Part shown: positions 1-9,235 of the stretch, one piece after another | Layout of the letters: every line of letters begins with the position of its first letter | Position numbering within the stretch: the first letter of the stretch is position 1 | Origin: an uncultured Acidobacteriota bacterium | Lineage (GTDB): Bacteria > Acidobacteriota > UBA6911 | NCBI GenBank assembly: GCA_963827655.1 | Contig: CAWHCF010000046.1 | Location: 113,321 to 177,320 of the forward strand | Direction: 5' to 3' | DNA: 64,000 nt | Made by a program: the position numbers and the translations under genes | The notes under the pieces: model-generated | The model's database searches: none | What the model was told of the DNA's origin: nothing | What the model saw: only the letters and a program-made list of their open reading frames with translations

Positions 1-594
1 CAGTGTCCTTCCCGTCCGCGAGAAACAGCCGTTGCGGGCTGAATCGTAGAGCCAGCGAAGGAAGCTTGCGTGCCTCGGGCTTCGGGCGCCGGCTCTGGAA
101 GGCCCCCGCCGCGAGGTATCAGAATGCCCTTCGGCTCGAGCTTTTTCAGGGGGGCGCGGGCGTTTTGGAGCATGAGTGTGCGGGACCGAATCCTCGACCC
201 GAAGGAAAGCGCCACCCGCAAGCAGTTCCTCGTGCCTGGCCCAGAGATAGACAAAGCCTCGAAGCCCTGATCGAAGAGGGACAGTAAAAGTCTGCGAGGA
301 TTGCCCCGCCTTCATCGTAACATCCATCAATTTTTGCGGCGGATCGGCAGGAGACAGGCGCGCCTGAATCTGAATTGCGAGATCCCTCGGCGCGTTGATG
401 GGCCGATTGTCCGAGTCCAGGAGTGTGATCCGGATACCGGCCTTACCGCCAACGGCCACCCTTGACGCAACCGGGTTGACGTCAAGCTTGACGGGGTTCT
501 TTTGAGCGCTGCACGGAACTGCCAGGAGGATAAAAAGAGAAAGGAGCGCTGGCGATGGCCTCCGGAAAAATGACACCAATCCCTTGGGCCGCAC
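1..594 (-). CDS. Secreted hypothetical protein, runs off the left edge (absent from ORF track)
   Basis: GTG at 594 follows a GGAGGGAG RBS. Translation MRPKGLVSFFRRPSPALLSLFILLAVPCSA-QKNPVKLDV... is signal-peptide-like and has no stop before the edge; a frameshift near 150 is possible. Confidence 0.6.
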   Translation of the reverse strand, partial: MRPKGLVSFFRRPSPALLSLFILLAVPCSAQKNPVKLDVNPVASRVAVGGKAGIRITLLDSDNRPINAPRDLAIQIQARLSPADPPQKLMDVTMKAGQSSQTFTVPLRSGLRGFVYLWARHEELLAGGAFLRVEDSVPHTHAPKRPRPPEKARAEGHSDTSRRGPSRAGARSPRHASFLRWLYDSARNGCFSRTGRTL

Positions 595-847
595 AGCTTC
601 TCCCTCCCCTGAGAATCGAATCGGCTCTATGGGTACCGGATTCTATTTTGTCGAACTGCCTTGGGGCAAGAGTATTCGCGCTTCGCGTTTCCTGGTGTTT
701 TCGAGTCTTCGCGGTTAAGAATCCTGTTCCGGCGAGACAAGGCACACGGACCGAGGATCAAGCTTGAAAGGGCCGCCCCGATGGACTAGGGTAACAAGGC
801 TTACGTCAGCAACTCTTAATCTATGGTACCGATCGAGGTGAGAAGAC

Positions 848-1987
848 ATGCCGGAAGCAACCACCATACCTGAAGTCAAGGTTCCTTTTTACGGTCACGT
901 CCGCCAGTATCATGGTCTCCGGAAGGAGCTCGATGATGCCATAAGGCGGGTTCTCGAGAGCAACCAGTATGTGATGGGACCCGCTCTGAAACAGTTCGAG
1001 CAGGATCTGGCAAAGTACTTTGGAATGAAGCACGCGGTCGGCGTCAACTCGGGGACCGACGCGCTCTTTCTCGCTTTCATGGCCCTTGGCATCAAGCCGG
1101 GAGACGAGATCATCACCACCGCGAACACGTTCTTTGCTACGGCCGAGGCGATCTGGATCGCGGGAGCGAAGGCCGTGTTTGTCGATTGCGACCCGGCAAC
1201 CCGAAATATCGATCCCTCCAGGATTGAAGCGGCCATAACTCCGAAGACGCGCGCTCTCGTCCCGGTCCATCTGTACGGGCTGTGCGCCGACATGAAGTCG
1301 ATCAGCGAGATCGCGAAGAAGCACAAACTGTTTGTCATCGAGGACAACGCCCAGGCCATCGACGGCTACGGCCCGGGCTGGAAAGAAGGGGAGCTCAGCG
1401 ACGCGATGTGTGTCAGCTTCATTATTCAGAAGAACCTTGGGACCTTCGGCGATGGCGGCGCAGTCATTACCAATCGGCAGGACGTGGATGCGGAGGTCCG
1501 CCGTCTGCGAAACCACGGTTCGAGCAAGCGCTCGGTTCACAGCATGGGCTACAACAGCCGATTGGACGATCTTCATGCTGCGATCTTGAGCGTGAAGCTG
1601 AAACAGGTCACCAGGTGGACGGACCGGCGGCGGGAGATTGCAGCCCGCTATGCCCGGGGACTTGAGCGCACAAGCCTCACCCTTCCCTGCGAGCCCTCCG
1701 GATACCGGCACGCCTATCACCTCTACGTTGTCGAGCATCCTGAGCGCGACAGCCTGGAGGCTTTTCTGCTCGCCGCAGGGATAGACGTGAAGCTCCATTA
1801 CCCGATTGCCATTCACCAGCAGGAGGGATATCCCTGGGGAATGCCGGCGGATCCCAATCCCACAGTTCCTAACTGCGAAAAAAACGCGGCCACCTGCCTT
1901 TCGCTGCCCATGTTTCCCGAGCTGACGGACGAGGAGGTGGACTACACCATCGAGCAGTGTGTGAAATGGGACCGAGCGCGGCGATGA
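848..1987 (+). CDS. DegT/DnrJ/EryC1/StrS family PLP-dependent aminotransferase
   Basis: VNSGTDAL, PVHLYG, IEDNAQA, SF..QKNLGTFGDGG (PLP lysine) and YNSRLD motifs. Confidence 0.93.
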   Translation: MPEATTIPEVKVPFYGHVRQYHGLRKELDDAIRRVLESNQYVMGPALKQFEQDLAKYFGMKHAVGVNSGTDALFLAFMALGIKPGDEIITTANTFFATAEAIWIAGAKAVFVDCDPATRNIDPSRIEAAITPKTRALVPVHLYGLCADMKSISEIAKKHKLFVIEDNAQAIDGYGPGWKEGELSDAMCVSFIIQKNLGTFGDGGAVITNRQDVDAEVRRLRNHGSSKRSVHSMGYNSRLDDLHAAILSVKLKQVTRWTDRRREIAARYARGLERTSLTLPCEPSGYRHAYHLYVVEHPERDSLEAFLLAAGIDVKLHYPIAIHQQEGYPWGMPADPNPTVPNCEKNAATCLSLPMFPELTDEEVDYTIEQCVKWDRARR

Positions 1988-2003
1988 AAGTTCCGCGGGC
2001 GAA

Positions 2004-3020
2004 TCAAGAAGTATTCCTGGCGTTCTTCGCGTCCTGGAGTCTTCGCCGTGGCCTTGGTTCTTGCGCGCCGGCACGAAGCCGCTGAAGCTCCGCGTAAGCA
2101 TAAACGAGGGCAAGACCGCGGTAAGGCTTCCACGCTTCGGCGTAGTGGCGCATCTCCTTCTCGGTAGCCGGTTCCGGCCGCCGCAGTAATCCCTGAGCCA
2201 GGTATTTCACCACGCCGAGATCGCCTGCCGGGAACGCATCGATCCGGCCCAGACCTCGCAGCAGGACTGTTTCCGCGGTCCAGATTCCCACGCCCTTGAT
2301 GGCAGTAAGGCGTTCGATGACGGCGTCATCCGTCAGTTTCGCCAGCGCGGTATCGGACAACTCCCCCTGGTTGAAGGCATCGGCCAGCCGGACCAGCGTC
2401 TCCGCCTTTGCCTGCGAGAGGCGGAATTGTCTCAGCCGGTCCACTCCCGCGTCGACGATACGCTGTGGCGCCGGAAAGGCATAGAAAGACTCACCGTTGA
2501 ATCGGGCATGAAACCCGAGATGCATCGCGAGCTCCTGCCGGATTCCGTAAGCGAACGCGAGATTCACCTGCTGGCAGAGCACCGTGCTGGCCAGCGCTTC
2601 CCATACATCCGGCCAACCCGCGATGCGCAATCCTCTGAAGGCGCGAATGGAGGAACCGAGTATCGGGTCGGCTTTGAGCGCGCGGTAAAAGGGGCGCACA
2701 TCGCTTGCCGCACCCAGCGCGCGTTCGACTGCCTGGCGCGCTGCGGCGCGGACGGAGTCCGAATCGGATCTTTCGCCCGTGATCCGGATCTGCAGCGTAG
2801 CCCGAATCGGCGATCCGCTCTGCGTGACAGTCAGCAGCTGGGGCCGGTCATCGACGAGGAGCAGCCGGCGGTAGGTCGCCCCGTCGAAACGGTCGACCGC
2901 CTCAGGGAAGCGCCGGAACCGGCTCGCAGTGAGCGGCAGAGAGTAAGGCCGGAGTGGAACGATACTGAAACCCGAGTCTCCGGTGGTTTCGCGTGCTCGC
3001 GGTAAGGGCGTAAGGCTCAC
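2004..3020 (-). CDS. alkA: DNA-3-methyladenine glycosylase II (AlkA family)
   Basis: HhH-GPD motif LTAIKGVGIWTAE...FPAGDLG, AlkA N-terminal domain, C-terminal WKPYRG. Confidence 0.88.
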   Translation of the reverse strand: MSLTPLPRARETTGDSGFSIVPLRPYSLPLTASRFRRFPEAVDRFDGATYRRLLLVDDRPQLLTVTQSGSPIRATLQIRITGERSDSDSVRAAARQAVERALGAASDVRPFYRALKADPILGSSIRAFRGLRIAGWPDVWEALASTVLCQQVNLAFAYGIRQELAMHLGFHARFNGESFYAFPAPQRIVDAGVDRLRQFRLSQAKAETLVRLADAFNQGELSDTALAKLTDDAVIERLTAIKGVGIWTAETVLLRGLGRIDAFPAGDLGVVKYLAQGLLRRPEPATEKEMRHYAEAWKPYRGLALVYAYAELQRLRAGAQEPRPRRRLQDAKNARNTS

Positions 3021-3787
3021 ATTCCCATGATCTGGTAGCCGCAGTCGACATAGATCACCTGTCCCGTAATGGCGGCAGCACTGTCGCTGGCCAGGAAGGT
3101 GCCGGTCGCGCCGAGCTCGTCGGGAAGGACATTTCGCTTGAGGGGAGCGTGAGCTTCGTAGTGTTTAAGCATATCGCTGAAGCCGGCGATGCCGCGGGCC
3201 GCCAGCGTATTTACCGGGCCGGCGCTGATGCAATTGACCCGAATTTTTTTCGGGCCGAGATCGTAGGCCAGATAGCGCGTGCAGGCTTCCAATGAAGCCT
3301 TGGCCACGCCCATCACGTTGTAGTGCGGCACCACCTTTTTCGAACCGTAGTAGGTCATCGCGACAATGCTGCCCCCATCCGTCATGAGCGGCGCTGCGCC
3401 GCGCGCCAGAGCGACGAGGGAATAAGCACTCACGTCGTGAGCGATCCGGAAGGATTCGCGCGACGTTCCCACGAAATTTCCTTCCATCGCCTCTCGCGGC
3501 GCGAAGGCAACCGAATGGAGCAGCAATTGCAGCTTGCCGAACTCCCGGCCTACTTCGGCGAACACTCGCTCAATTTCTTCATCCTTTGTCACATCGCACG
3601 GCAGCAGTAGGGTTTGGGAGCCAAACGTTCCGACCAGCTCCTCTACGTTTTCTTTGAGGCGTTCGCCCTGGTAGGTGAAAGCCAGTTTGGCCCCTGCCTT
3701 GGCCCACGCTTGCGCGATGGCCCAGGCAATCGAGCGCTTGTTCGCTACACCAAAAACGATTCCAAGCTTGCCGTCTAGTAGAGACAT
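3017..3787 (-). CDS. fabI: Enoyl-ACP reductase (NADH)
   Basis: GVANKRSIAWAIA, YNVMGVAKASLE and ISAGPVNTLAA motifs. Confidence 0.97.
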   Translation of the reverse strand: MSLLDGKLGIVFGVANKRSIAWAIAQAWAKAGAKLAFTYQGERLKENVEELVGTFGSQTLLLPCDVTKDEEIERVFAEVGREFGKLQLLLHSVAFAPREAMEGNFVGTSRESFRIAHDVSAYSLVALARGAAPLMTDGGSIVAMTYYGSKKVVPHYNVMGVAKASLEACTRYLAYDLGPKKIRVNCISAGPVNTLAARGIAGFSDMLKHYEAHAPLKRNVLPDELGATGTFLASDSAAAITGQVIYVDCGYQIMGM

Positions 3788-3833
3788 AGGAGTCCATCAG
3801 CATAAGAACTTTGAATGTGAACTTCAATCAAAA

Positions 3834-3891
3834 CAGTAGGCAGTAGGCAGCATGAATGACAAATGAGAAATGCAATGATCGATGACAAATG
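3834..3891. repeat. Short heptamer tandem repeats (CAGTAGG x2.5; degenerate AATGACA-like)
   Basis: cagtaggcagtaggcag and aatgacaaatgagaaatg...gatgacaaatg seen directly. Confidence 0.6.
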
Positions 3892-4122
3892 TTTATTTAT
3901 TTGTGCATCAGTTGGTGCTGCGGGCCCGGGTTGCGCTCGCAGACGACGCGTTGGATGCCGAATCCCCCGCGCGCGCGAACGTCATGCCCTCGGCGGTTCT
4001 TGAGAAGCAGCTGCCTCGGCTCGCCTGCCAGGATCGAACTTGACCTCGGAGTTGTTCCGGAATGTGCGCCACGCTCGTGCTACGATGAGCGCGCTCCTGC
4101 GACGACTTTTCAGAGAAAGACA

Positions 4123-4653
4123 TTGGATTTCGAAAAGGTTCTCATGACGATCGCCAAGTACTTCGAACGGGAAGGTGTGAAGTTTGCCGTCATCGGTGCA
4201 TTCGCGCTTCACGCTTATGGCAGAAGTCGACTCACTCAGGATCTGGATTTCGTAACAGAAGCCGCTGGCCAGGCGGCACTCATTGCCTATCTTGAGTCGC
4301 TCGGGTATCAGACCCTTCATTGCTCGGAGGGTTATTCCAATCACCTGCACAGCGACTCGGCGATGGGACGCGTCGATTTTGTCTACGTGCGAGGTGAAAC
4401 CCGGCGGAAAATCTTCGAAACTCAAGGAGCGACGCTCAAGCTGGGAAATCTTTCCGTACCGGTTCCGAGAGCCGAACATCTCGTGGCCATGAAGGTCCAG
4501 GCCATGAAGAACGATCCGTCGCGCACGCTTCAGGAACTGGCAGATATTGGCTTCCTCATCCATCTCCCCGGTATTGACCAAGAAGAGGTTCGGAAGTACT
4601 TTGAGGAGGGTGGGCTGCTGAACAGTTATGAAGAGATCCGGAAGCGAACCTGA
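4123..4653 (+). CDS. Nucleotidyltransferase (AbiEii/DUF6036-like)
   Basis: IGAFALHAYG..RLTQDLDF motif, LVAMK and QELADI; probable TTG start at 4123. Confidence 0.8.
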   Translation: MDFEKVLMTIAKYFEREGVKFAVIGAFALHAYGRSRLTQDLDFVTEAAGQAALIAYLESLGYQTLHCSEGYSNHLHSDSAMGRVDFVYVRGETRRKIFETQGATLKLGNLSVPVPRAEHLVAMKVQAMKNDPSRTLQELADIGFLIHLPGIDQEEVRKYFEEGGLLNSYEEIRKRT

Positions 4654-4852
4654 CCGGCTAGATCTCGAGCGAGACCTGCCAACGACGCCGGAAGATAACC
4701 TCGCACAGCGTCGATACCGCGATTTTCCTTCAATGGATCTGCAGAGCTATCTGCGATTCCTACGATCCTTCGATCCCCCCACCCTGGAACACTTAGGTTC
4801 ACGAAAAGGGCCCCGAGGGAAAGCGCCCTTCGTCCTTCCCCCGTCTGGTTAA
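4628..4852 (+). CDS. Small hypothetical protein overlapping the nucleotidyltransferase gene (possible partner or antitoxin)
   Basis: 74-aa ORF overlapping the 3' end of the upstream gene. Confidence 0.6.
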   Translation: MKRSGSEPDRLDLERDLPTTPEDNLAQRRYRDFPSMDLQSYLRFLRSFDPPTLEHLGSRKGPRGKAPFVLPPSG

Positions 4853-4871
4853 GCGGATCACCCTCCCGTCG

Positions 4872-5069
4872 GCCGCGTTCATCTTCGCGAAGACCATCGA
4901 CCTGGACACGTAAGAGCGCCAACGTGATCGATTGCGTGAGGAATTGACCCTTGTACAGATCGACCGACACACTTCAGAGCTGGAAGAACTCGACGTAGAA
5001 GGGATTCTCCCTGCCTTCAACTACTTCACGACGATTGAACCCTCAGGAACAAATTTGGTGGACCAAATC
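4872..5069 (+). pseudogene. C-terminal remnant of a large serine recombinase
   Basis: AAFIFAKTIDLDT*ERQRDRLREELTLVQIDRHTSELEELDVEGIL-PAFNYF...LVDQ has an in-frame TAA at 4911 and resembles acidobacterial recombinase C-termini (from recall). Confidence 0.5.
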
Positions 5070-5227
5070 AAGTCCATGGACTACATTGGCACGAAAGCAA
5101 GGTTCATTGGAAAAGCGCAGAGTCAGCTCATAACCGAAGCCCTCAGCCGTTTAGACGCCTGTGTCAAGTGAAGCGATGTTCCTGGCCACTTGACGTATTC
5201 GCGGTGAGAGTGACCAAGGAATCAAAC

Positions 5228-6020
5228 ATGAATTCTATCTTCAGCCTTGCATGCGGTTTGATGCTGCTTGGAATCTCGTGGGCGGCCCAGGCGCCGCCGG
5301 AAAAGGAGATTCCTGAAAAGAATCCTTTCGACTCGGCGGCGGACGCGGCTGCAGGGCGGCAATACTTCATGGGACATTGCGCGCTGTGCCACGGGCCCGG
5401 AGGGCGAAGGCGGGCGCGGCATCAATCTGACCACGGGCCGTTACCGGATGGGCGGGTCCGACCGCGAGTTATTCCGGACCATCCAGAAGGGAATCCCGGA
5501 GTCCGAGATGCCCGGCACCGGTCTGTCCGAGAACGAAATCTGGAGAATTGTGGCTTTCGTTCGCCGTCTTGCAACTGCCGGGGCGGAGGAGAAAGCGCCG
5601 GGAGATCCGGCAGCGGGCAAGCTGGTCTATGAAGGGAAAGGCATGTGCGTGCCCTGCCATGTCGTCGGTGATGGCGGCGGGCGCCTGGGACCGGAATTGA
5701 GTGAAGTCGGCCTGCGGCGCTCGCTGAAGTTCCTGCGCGAGTCCCTTACCAATCCTGCCGCCTATATAGCCGACAACCATCGTACAGTGACCGTTCTCAC
5801 CAAGACAGGTGAGCCCGTCACCGGCATAAAGCTCAATGAGGACGATTACTCAATCCAGGTCCGGGATATACGTGAGAACTTGCGCTCCTTTCTGAAGAGC
5901 GATCTGAAAGAAGTAAAACGCGAGGGCCGGTCGTTAATGCCCGCCTATGGATCGACCCTGTCGGCAGTGGAGATTGAGAATGTGGTCGCCTACCTGAGCT
6001 CTTTGCGAGGAAAGAAGTGA
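5228..6020 (+). CDS. Di-heme c-type cytochrome / heme-binding protein (frameshift near 5399)
   Basis: Signal peptide, CALCH and CVPCH heme motifs and SLMPAY tail; joins ORFs 5168..5632 and 5268..6020. Confidence 0.85.
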
Positions 6021-7618
6021 TGAAACTGAAACCACTGGTCTTCTTAACCGTGGCTCTGCTGGCGGCCGCAGCCGCGTGGGCCGACGGACTCGTGAGTTAC
6101 GAGCGCCTGTTGAAGGCGGACGACGAACCCGGCAATTGGCTCATGTACTCGGGCAACTACCGTAGCTACCGCTATAGCCGTCTCGATCAGATCAACGCCG
6201 GAAATGTCGATCGGCTGCGCCCGAAGTGGATATACCAGATGCGGACCACCCACAAGGTCGAGACCTCGCCCCTGGTAGTCGACGGGGTGATGTACCTGAC
6301 CCGCCCTCCTAACGACGTGATCGCCCTCGACGCGGAAACCGGGCGGAGGTTGTGGAGTCACCAGTATAAGGTTCCGGAGAAGGTGATCGTCTGCTGCGGC
6401 CAGGTGAACCGTGGACTCGCGATTCTGGGGGACAGGCTCTTTATGGCCACGGTCGATGCCAAGCTGCTCGCCCTGGACGCCAAATCGGGGCGTTTGCTGT
6501 GGAAGACGGAGATCGCTGATTACAAGGGAGGCTACGGGGGCACCGTCGCGCCTCTGGTGGCGAAAGACAAAGTCATCCTGGGTCTTGCCGGAGGGGAGTA
6601 CGGGGTGCGCGGGTTTATCGATGCGTATCACGCCGCCACGGGTGAACGGGCCTGGCGCTTCTATACAATTCCCGGACCGGATGAGCCGAATTTCGGCACA
6701 TGGGCAGGGGACTCCTGGAAGACCGGCGGGGCGACGGCCTGGGTTACGGGCGCTTTCGACCCGGACCTCAACCTCACCTACTGGGGTACCGGAAACCCGG
6801 GCCCCGACTGGAATGGAGACGGACGCGCCGGCGATAATCTCTATTCCGACTCCATGCTCGCCCTTGACGTCGATACCGGGAAGTTGAAGTGGCATTTTCA
6901 GTATACGCCGCATGACGTACACGACTGGGATGCCACGCAAGTGCCGATCCTGCTCGATTCGGAGTTCAAGGGCCGCAAGCGGAAGCTCCTGGCTCACGCG
7001 AACCGCAACGGGTTCTTCTACCTGCTCGATCGCCAGACCGGCGAATACCTGATGGCCAAACCCTACGTCAAGCAGACCTGGGCCAAGGAGATCGACGCCC
7101 GGGGCCGGCCGGTGCGCCTGCCCGATACCTTCCCCAGCCTCGAAGGTACCGCGGTATGGCCGGGTATCAACGGCGGGATGAACTGGTTTTCCCCCAGCTA
7201 CAGTCCCCGGACCGGGCTCTACTATGCTCCCTCCCAGGAAACCGGGAACGTGTATTTCAAAGCCGACGCGGAATACAAGCCGGGCGCCAGCTTTACCGGG
7301 GGCGGCGGCAAGCCGGTTCCGGGCTTTCAAGAGCATAGCGCCGTGCGTGCCATCGTGCCCGAGACCGGCGAGATCCGCTGGGAGCACAAGCTGGTCAGCC
7401 CGTCCTGGGCGGGCGTGCTCTCGACCGCCGGCAACGTCGTCTTCAGCGGCACGGTTGAAGGCAATTTCTTCGCGCTCGATGCTGCGACGGGCAAGCATCT
7501 CTGGTATTTCCCGGCCGGAGGCATGATTTTTGCGAACCCGATCACGTATCTCAGCAAGGGAAAACAGTACGTAGCCATAGCGGCGGGTGACGTCCTGATC
7601 ACCTTCGGCCTGGAGTAG
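6017..7618 (+). CDS. PQQ-dependent dehydrogenase, methanol/ethanol family
   Basis: Signal peptide, vicinal CC (VCCGQVNRG), GGEYGVRG, GTGNPGP, HDVHDWDA and tryptophan-docking repeats. Confidence 0.93.
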   Translation: MMKLKPLVFLTVALLAAAAAWADGLVSYERLLKADDEPGNWLMYSGNYRSYRYSRLDQINAGNVDRLRPKWIYQMRTTHKVETSPLVVDGVMYLTRPPNDVIALDAETGRRLWSHQYKVPEKVIVCCGQVNRGLAILGDRLFMATVDAKLLALDAKSGRLLWKTEIADYKGGYGGTVAPLVAKDKVILGLAGGEYGVRGFIDAYHAATGERAWRFYTIPGPDEPNFGTWAGDSWKTGGATAWVTGAFDPDLNLTYWGTGNPGPDWNGDGRAGDNLYSDSMLALDVDTGKLKWHFQYTPHDVHDWDATQVPILLDSEFKGRKRKLLAHANRNGFFYLLDRQTGEYLMAKPYVKQTWAKEIDARGRPVRLPDTFPSLEGTAVWPGINGGMNWFSPSYSPRTGLYYAPSQETGNVYFKADAEYKPGASFTGGGGKPVPGFQEHSAVRAIVPETGEIRWEHKLVSPSWAGVLSTAGNVVFSGTVEGNFFALDAATGKHLWYFPAGGMIFANPITYLSKGKQYVAIAAGDVLITFGLE

Positions 7619-7635
7619 CTTCCTCCTCGAAACGA

Positions 7636-7718
7636 ATACCACTAGGGCACAAAGACACGAAGAAACACCAAGACCTGTATTCTTAGTGTTTCTTCGTGTC
7701 TTCGCGTCTTCGTGGTAT
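7636..7718. repeat. REP-like palindrome, family A (ACCAC..AAGACACGAAG arms)
   Basis: 38-bp imperfect inverted arms at 7636-7673 and 7681-7718 with a 7-nt loop. Confidence 0.85.
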
Positions 7719-7853
7719 GTTGCCTCGAGGTGAACCCTGCGCCCCTCGCTTGCGTTAAGGGAATACGAGCCTGCGAAAGGTGATTGTCGACGCAAGGTAA
7801 TAGCGTGCCCCGGATCCTCCGCGCGAGGAAGGCTTCACAATCAGGCGATAAAC

Positions 7854-8471
7854 TTGAGTGCCGTGGTCCTCTCTGTGAATACGCTTGAGTCCTCCTCAAC
7901 CACCGAGGAACTGATGACCCAGGTTCAGCGAGGAGACATGACCGCGTACCAGGAGCTGATCCGGCGTTACCAGAGAAAGGTATTTCGCGTCATTAACGGC
8001 TATCACCGCGACCCGGAGGATGCCATGGAAGTCTTACAGGACACGTTCCTCAAAGTGTACATGGCGCGCCAGACCTGGGAACGACGGACGTCCTTTCGCG
8101 CCTGGCTTTACCGGATCGCCATTAATGCTAGTATCGACAGGTACCGGCGGGGGGACAAGGGGAGAGTCTCGTCCCTGGACGACGTCGCCGAATCTCAAGT
8201 GCAGAAATCCGCTACCCTGATGAAACCTGGTTCTGCTCTCGATCGGTTGAGAGACGGAGAGAGACGGCGAGTCATCGAAGAAGCAGTCCGGCGGCTGCCT
8301 GAACGACAGCGCCAGGTGGTGTCCTTGAGATATTTCGGAGAAATGCAGCTCGAAGAGATTGCCCACACACTGGGTTGCCCGCTGGGGACGGTTAAATCGA
8401 ACCTGCACAAAGCGGTCCATAGCCTCAAGAACCTGCTATTAGACCAGAAGGAAGCGTTGAGTTATGAATAA
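7854..8471 (+). CDS. ECF RNA polymerase sigma-70 factor
   Basis: Region 2 (DAMEVLQDTFLKVY, FRAWLYRIAIN) and region 4 (EEIAHTLGCPLGTVKSNLH). Confidence 0.93.
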   Translation: MSAVVLSVNTLESSSTTEELMTQVQRGDMTAYQELIRRYQRKVFRVINGYHRDPEDAMEVLQDTFLKVYMARQTWERRTSFRAWLYRIAINASIDRYRRGDKGRVSSLDDVAESQVQKSATLMKPGSALDRLRDGERRRVIEEAVRRLPERQRQVVSLRYFGEMQLEEIAHTLGCPLGTVKSNLHKAVHSLKNLLLDQKEALSYE

Positions 8472-9225
8472 CTGTGAAAGCGTTGGTGACCTGCTGGTCC
8501 TCTATGCGGAAGGCGAATTGCCTCCGGAGGACAAACGGCGGGTAGACGATCACATCCGGGCTTGCCCCCTCTGCCGCGCTGAAGTCGCGAAGATCGATAC
8601 CGTCACGTCCTGGTTGAAGGATCCGGACCTGTTCATGACTCATGACTATGCCTGGCATTCCCTGCCCCGGACACTGGCGGATCGCGCCCGGGGGCTGCAC
8701 ACCCGCAATCCCTGGGTTCCTTCCAATATGCCCTCGCTGCTGTGGGCCGCCTGCGTTGCGGCTTCTCTGCTTCTGGGAATCGGGCTGATCTGGATGTTGA
8801 ATCGCCCTGCATCCGCTCCTCCGCCGCTGGCGCACCAGGCAGGTTCGGGCAATGCGGCCTTTCTCCGGCAAATCGAGTCGGTCCATGCGCGCGAGGCGAC
8901 GGCGCGCTACCTGACCGAATGCGAAGTCTTGCTTCTCAACGTCGTCGGAGCAGAGAAGAACTGCGAAGGCGAAAAGCACGATGTCTCTGCGGAGGTCACC
9001 CGTGCGCGGGAGTTGCTGCAACGCAAGCGCATTCTGGACGTGGAATTGCGCGCTCCCGAGGTGGCGCGGGCCAAAGATCTATGCGACCAGCTGGAGACGT
9101 TCCTGGTCAATCTCTCGGTCTCGGAAAGATGCGAGAGTTCCGAGGGGTTGCATACCATGGAACGTTTTATTGAAAGGGAGCAGCTTCTGCTTCGAATCGA
9201 TCTGCTGCAGGCAGAGCTCTCCTAG
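8464..9225 (+). CDS. Zinc-finger (zf-HC2/ZAS) anti-sigma factor, membrane-anchored
   Basis: HIRACPLC motif, one TM helix, overlaps the sigma factor stop. Confidence 0.85.
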   Translation: MNNCESVGDLLVLYAEGELPPEDKRRVDDHIRACPLCRAEVAKIDTVTSWLKDPDLFMTHDYAWHSLPRTLADRARGLHTRNPWVPSNMPSLLWAACVAASLLLGIGLIWMLNRPASAPPPLAHQAGSGNAAFLRQIESVHAREATARYLTECEVLLLNVVGAEKNCEGEKHDVSAEVTRARELLQRKRILDVELRAPEVARAKDLCDQLETFLVNLSVSERCESSEGLHTMERFIEREQLLLRIDLLQAELS

Positions 9226-9235
9226 GAGTCTCATC

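Noticed and set aside
821-2113. 430-aa minus-strand ORF, and similar long antisense ORFs such as 6044..7795 and 23436..24686
   Set aside because: These are shadow ORFs opposite well-supported genes in GC-rich DNA and have no motifs.
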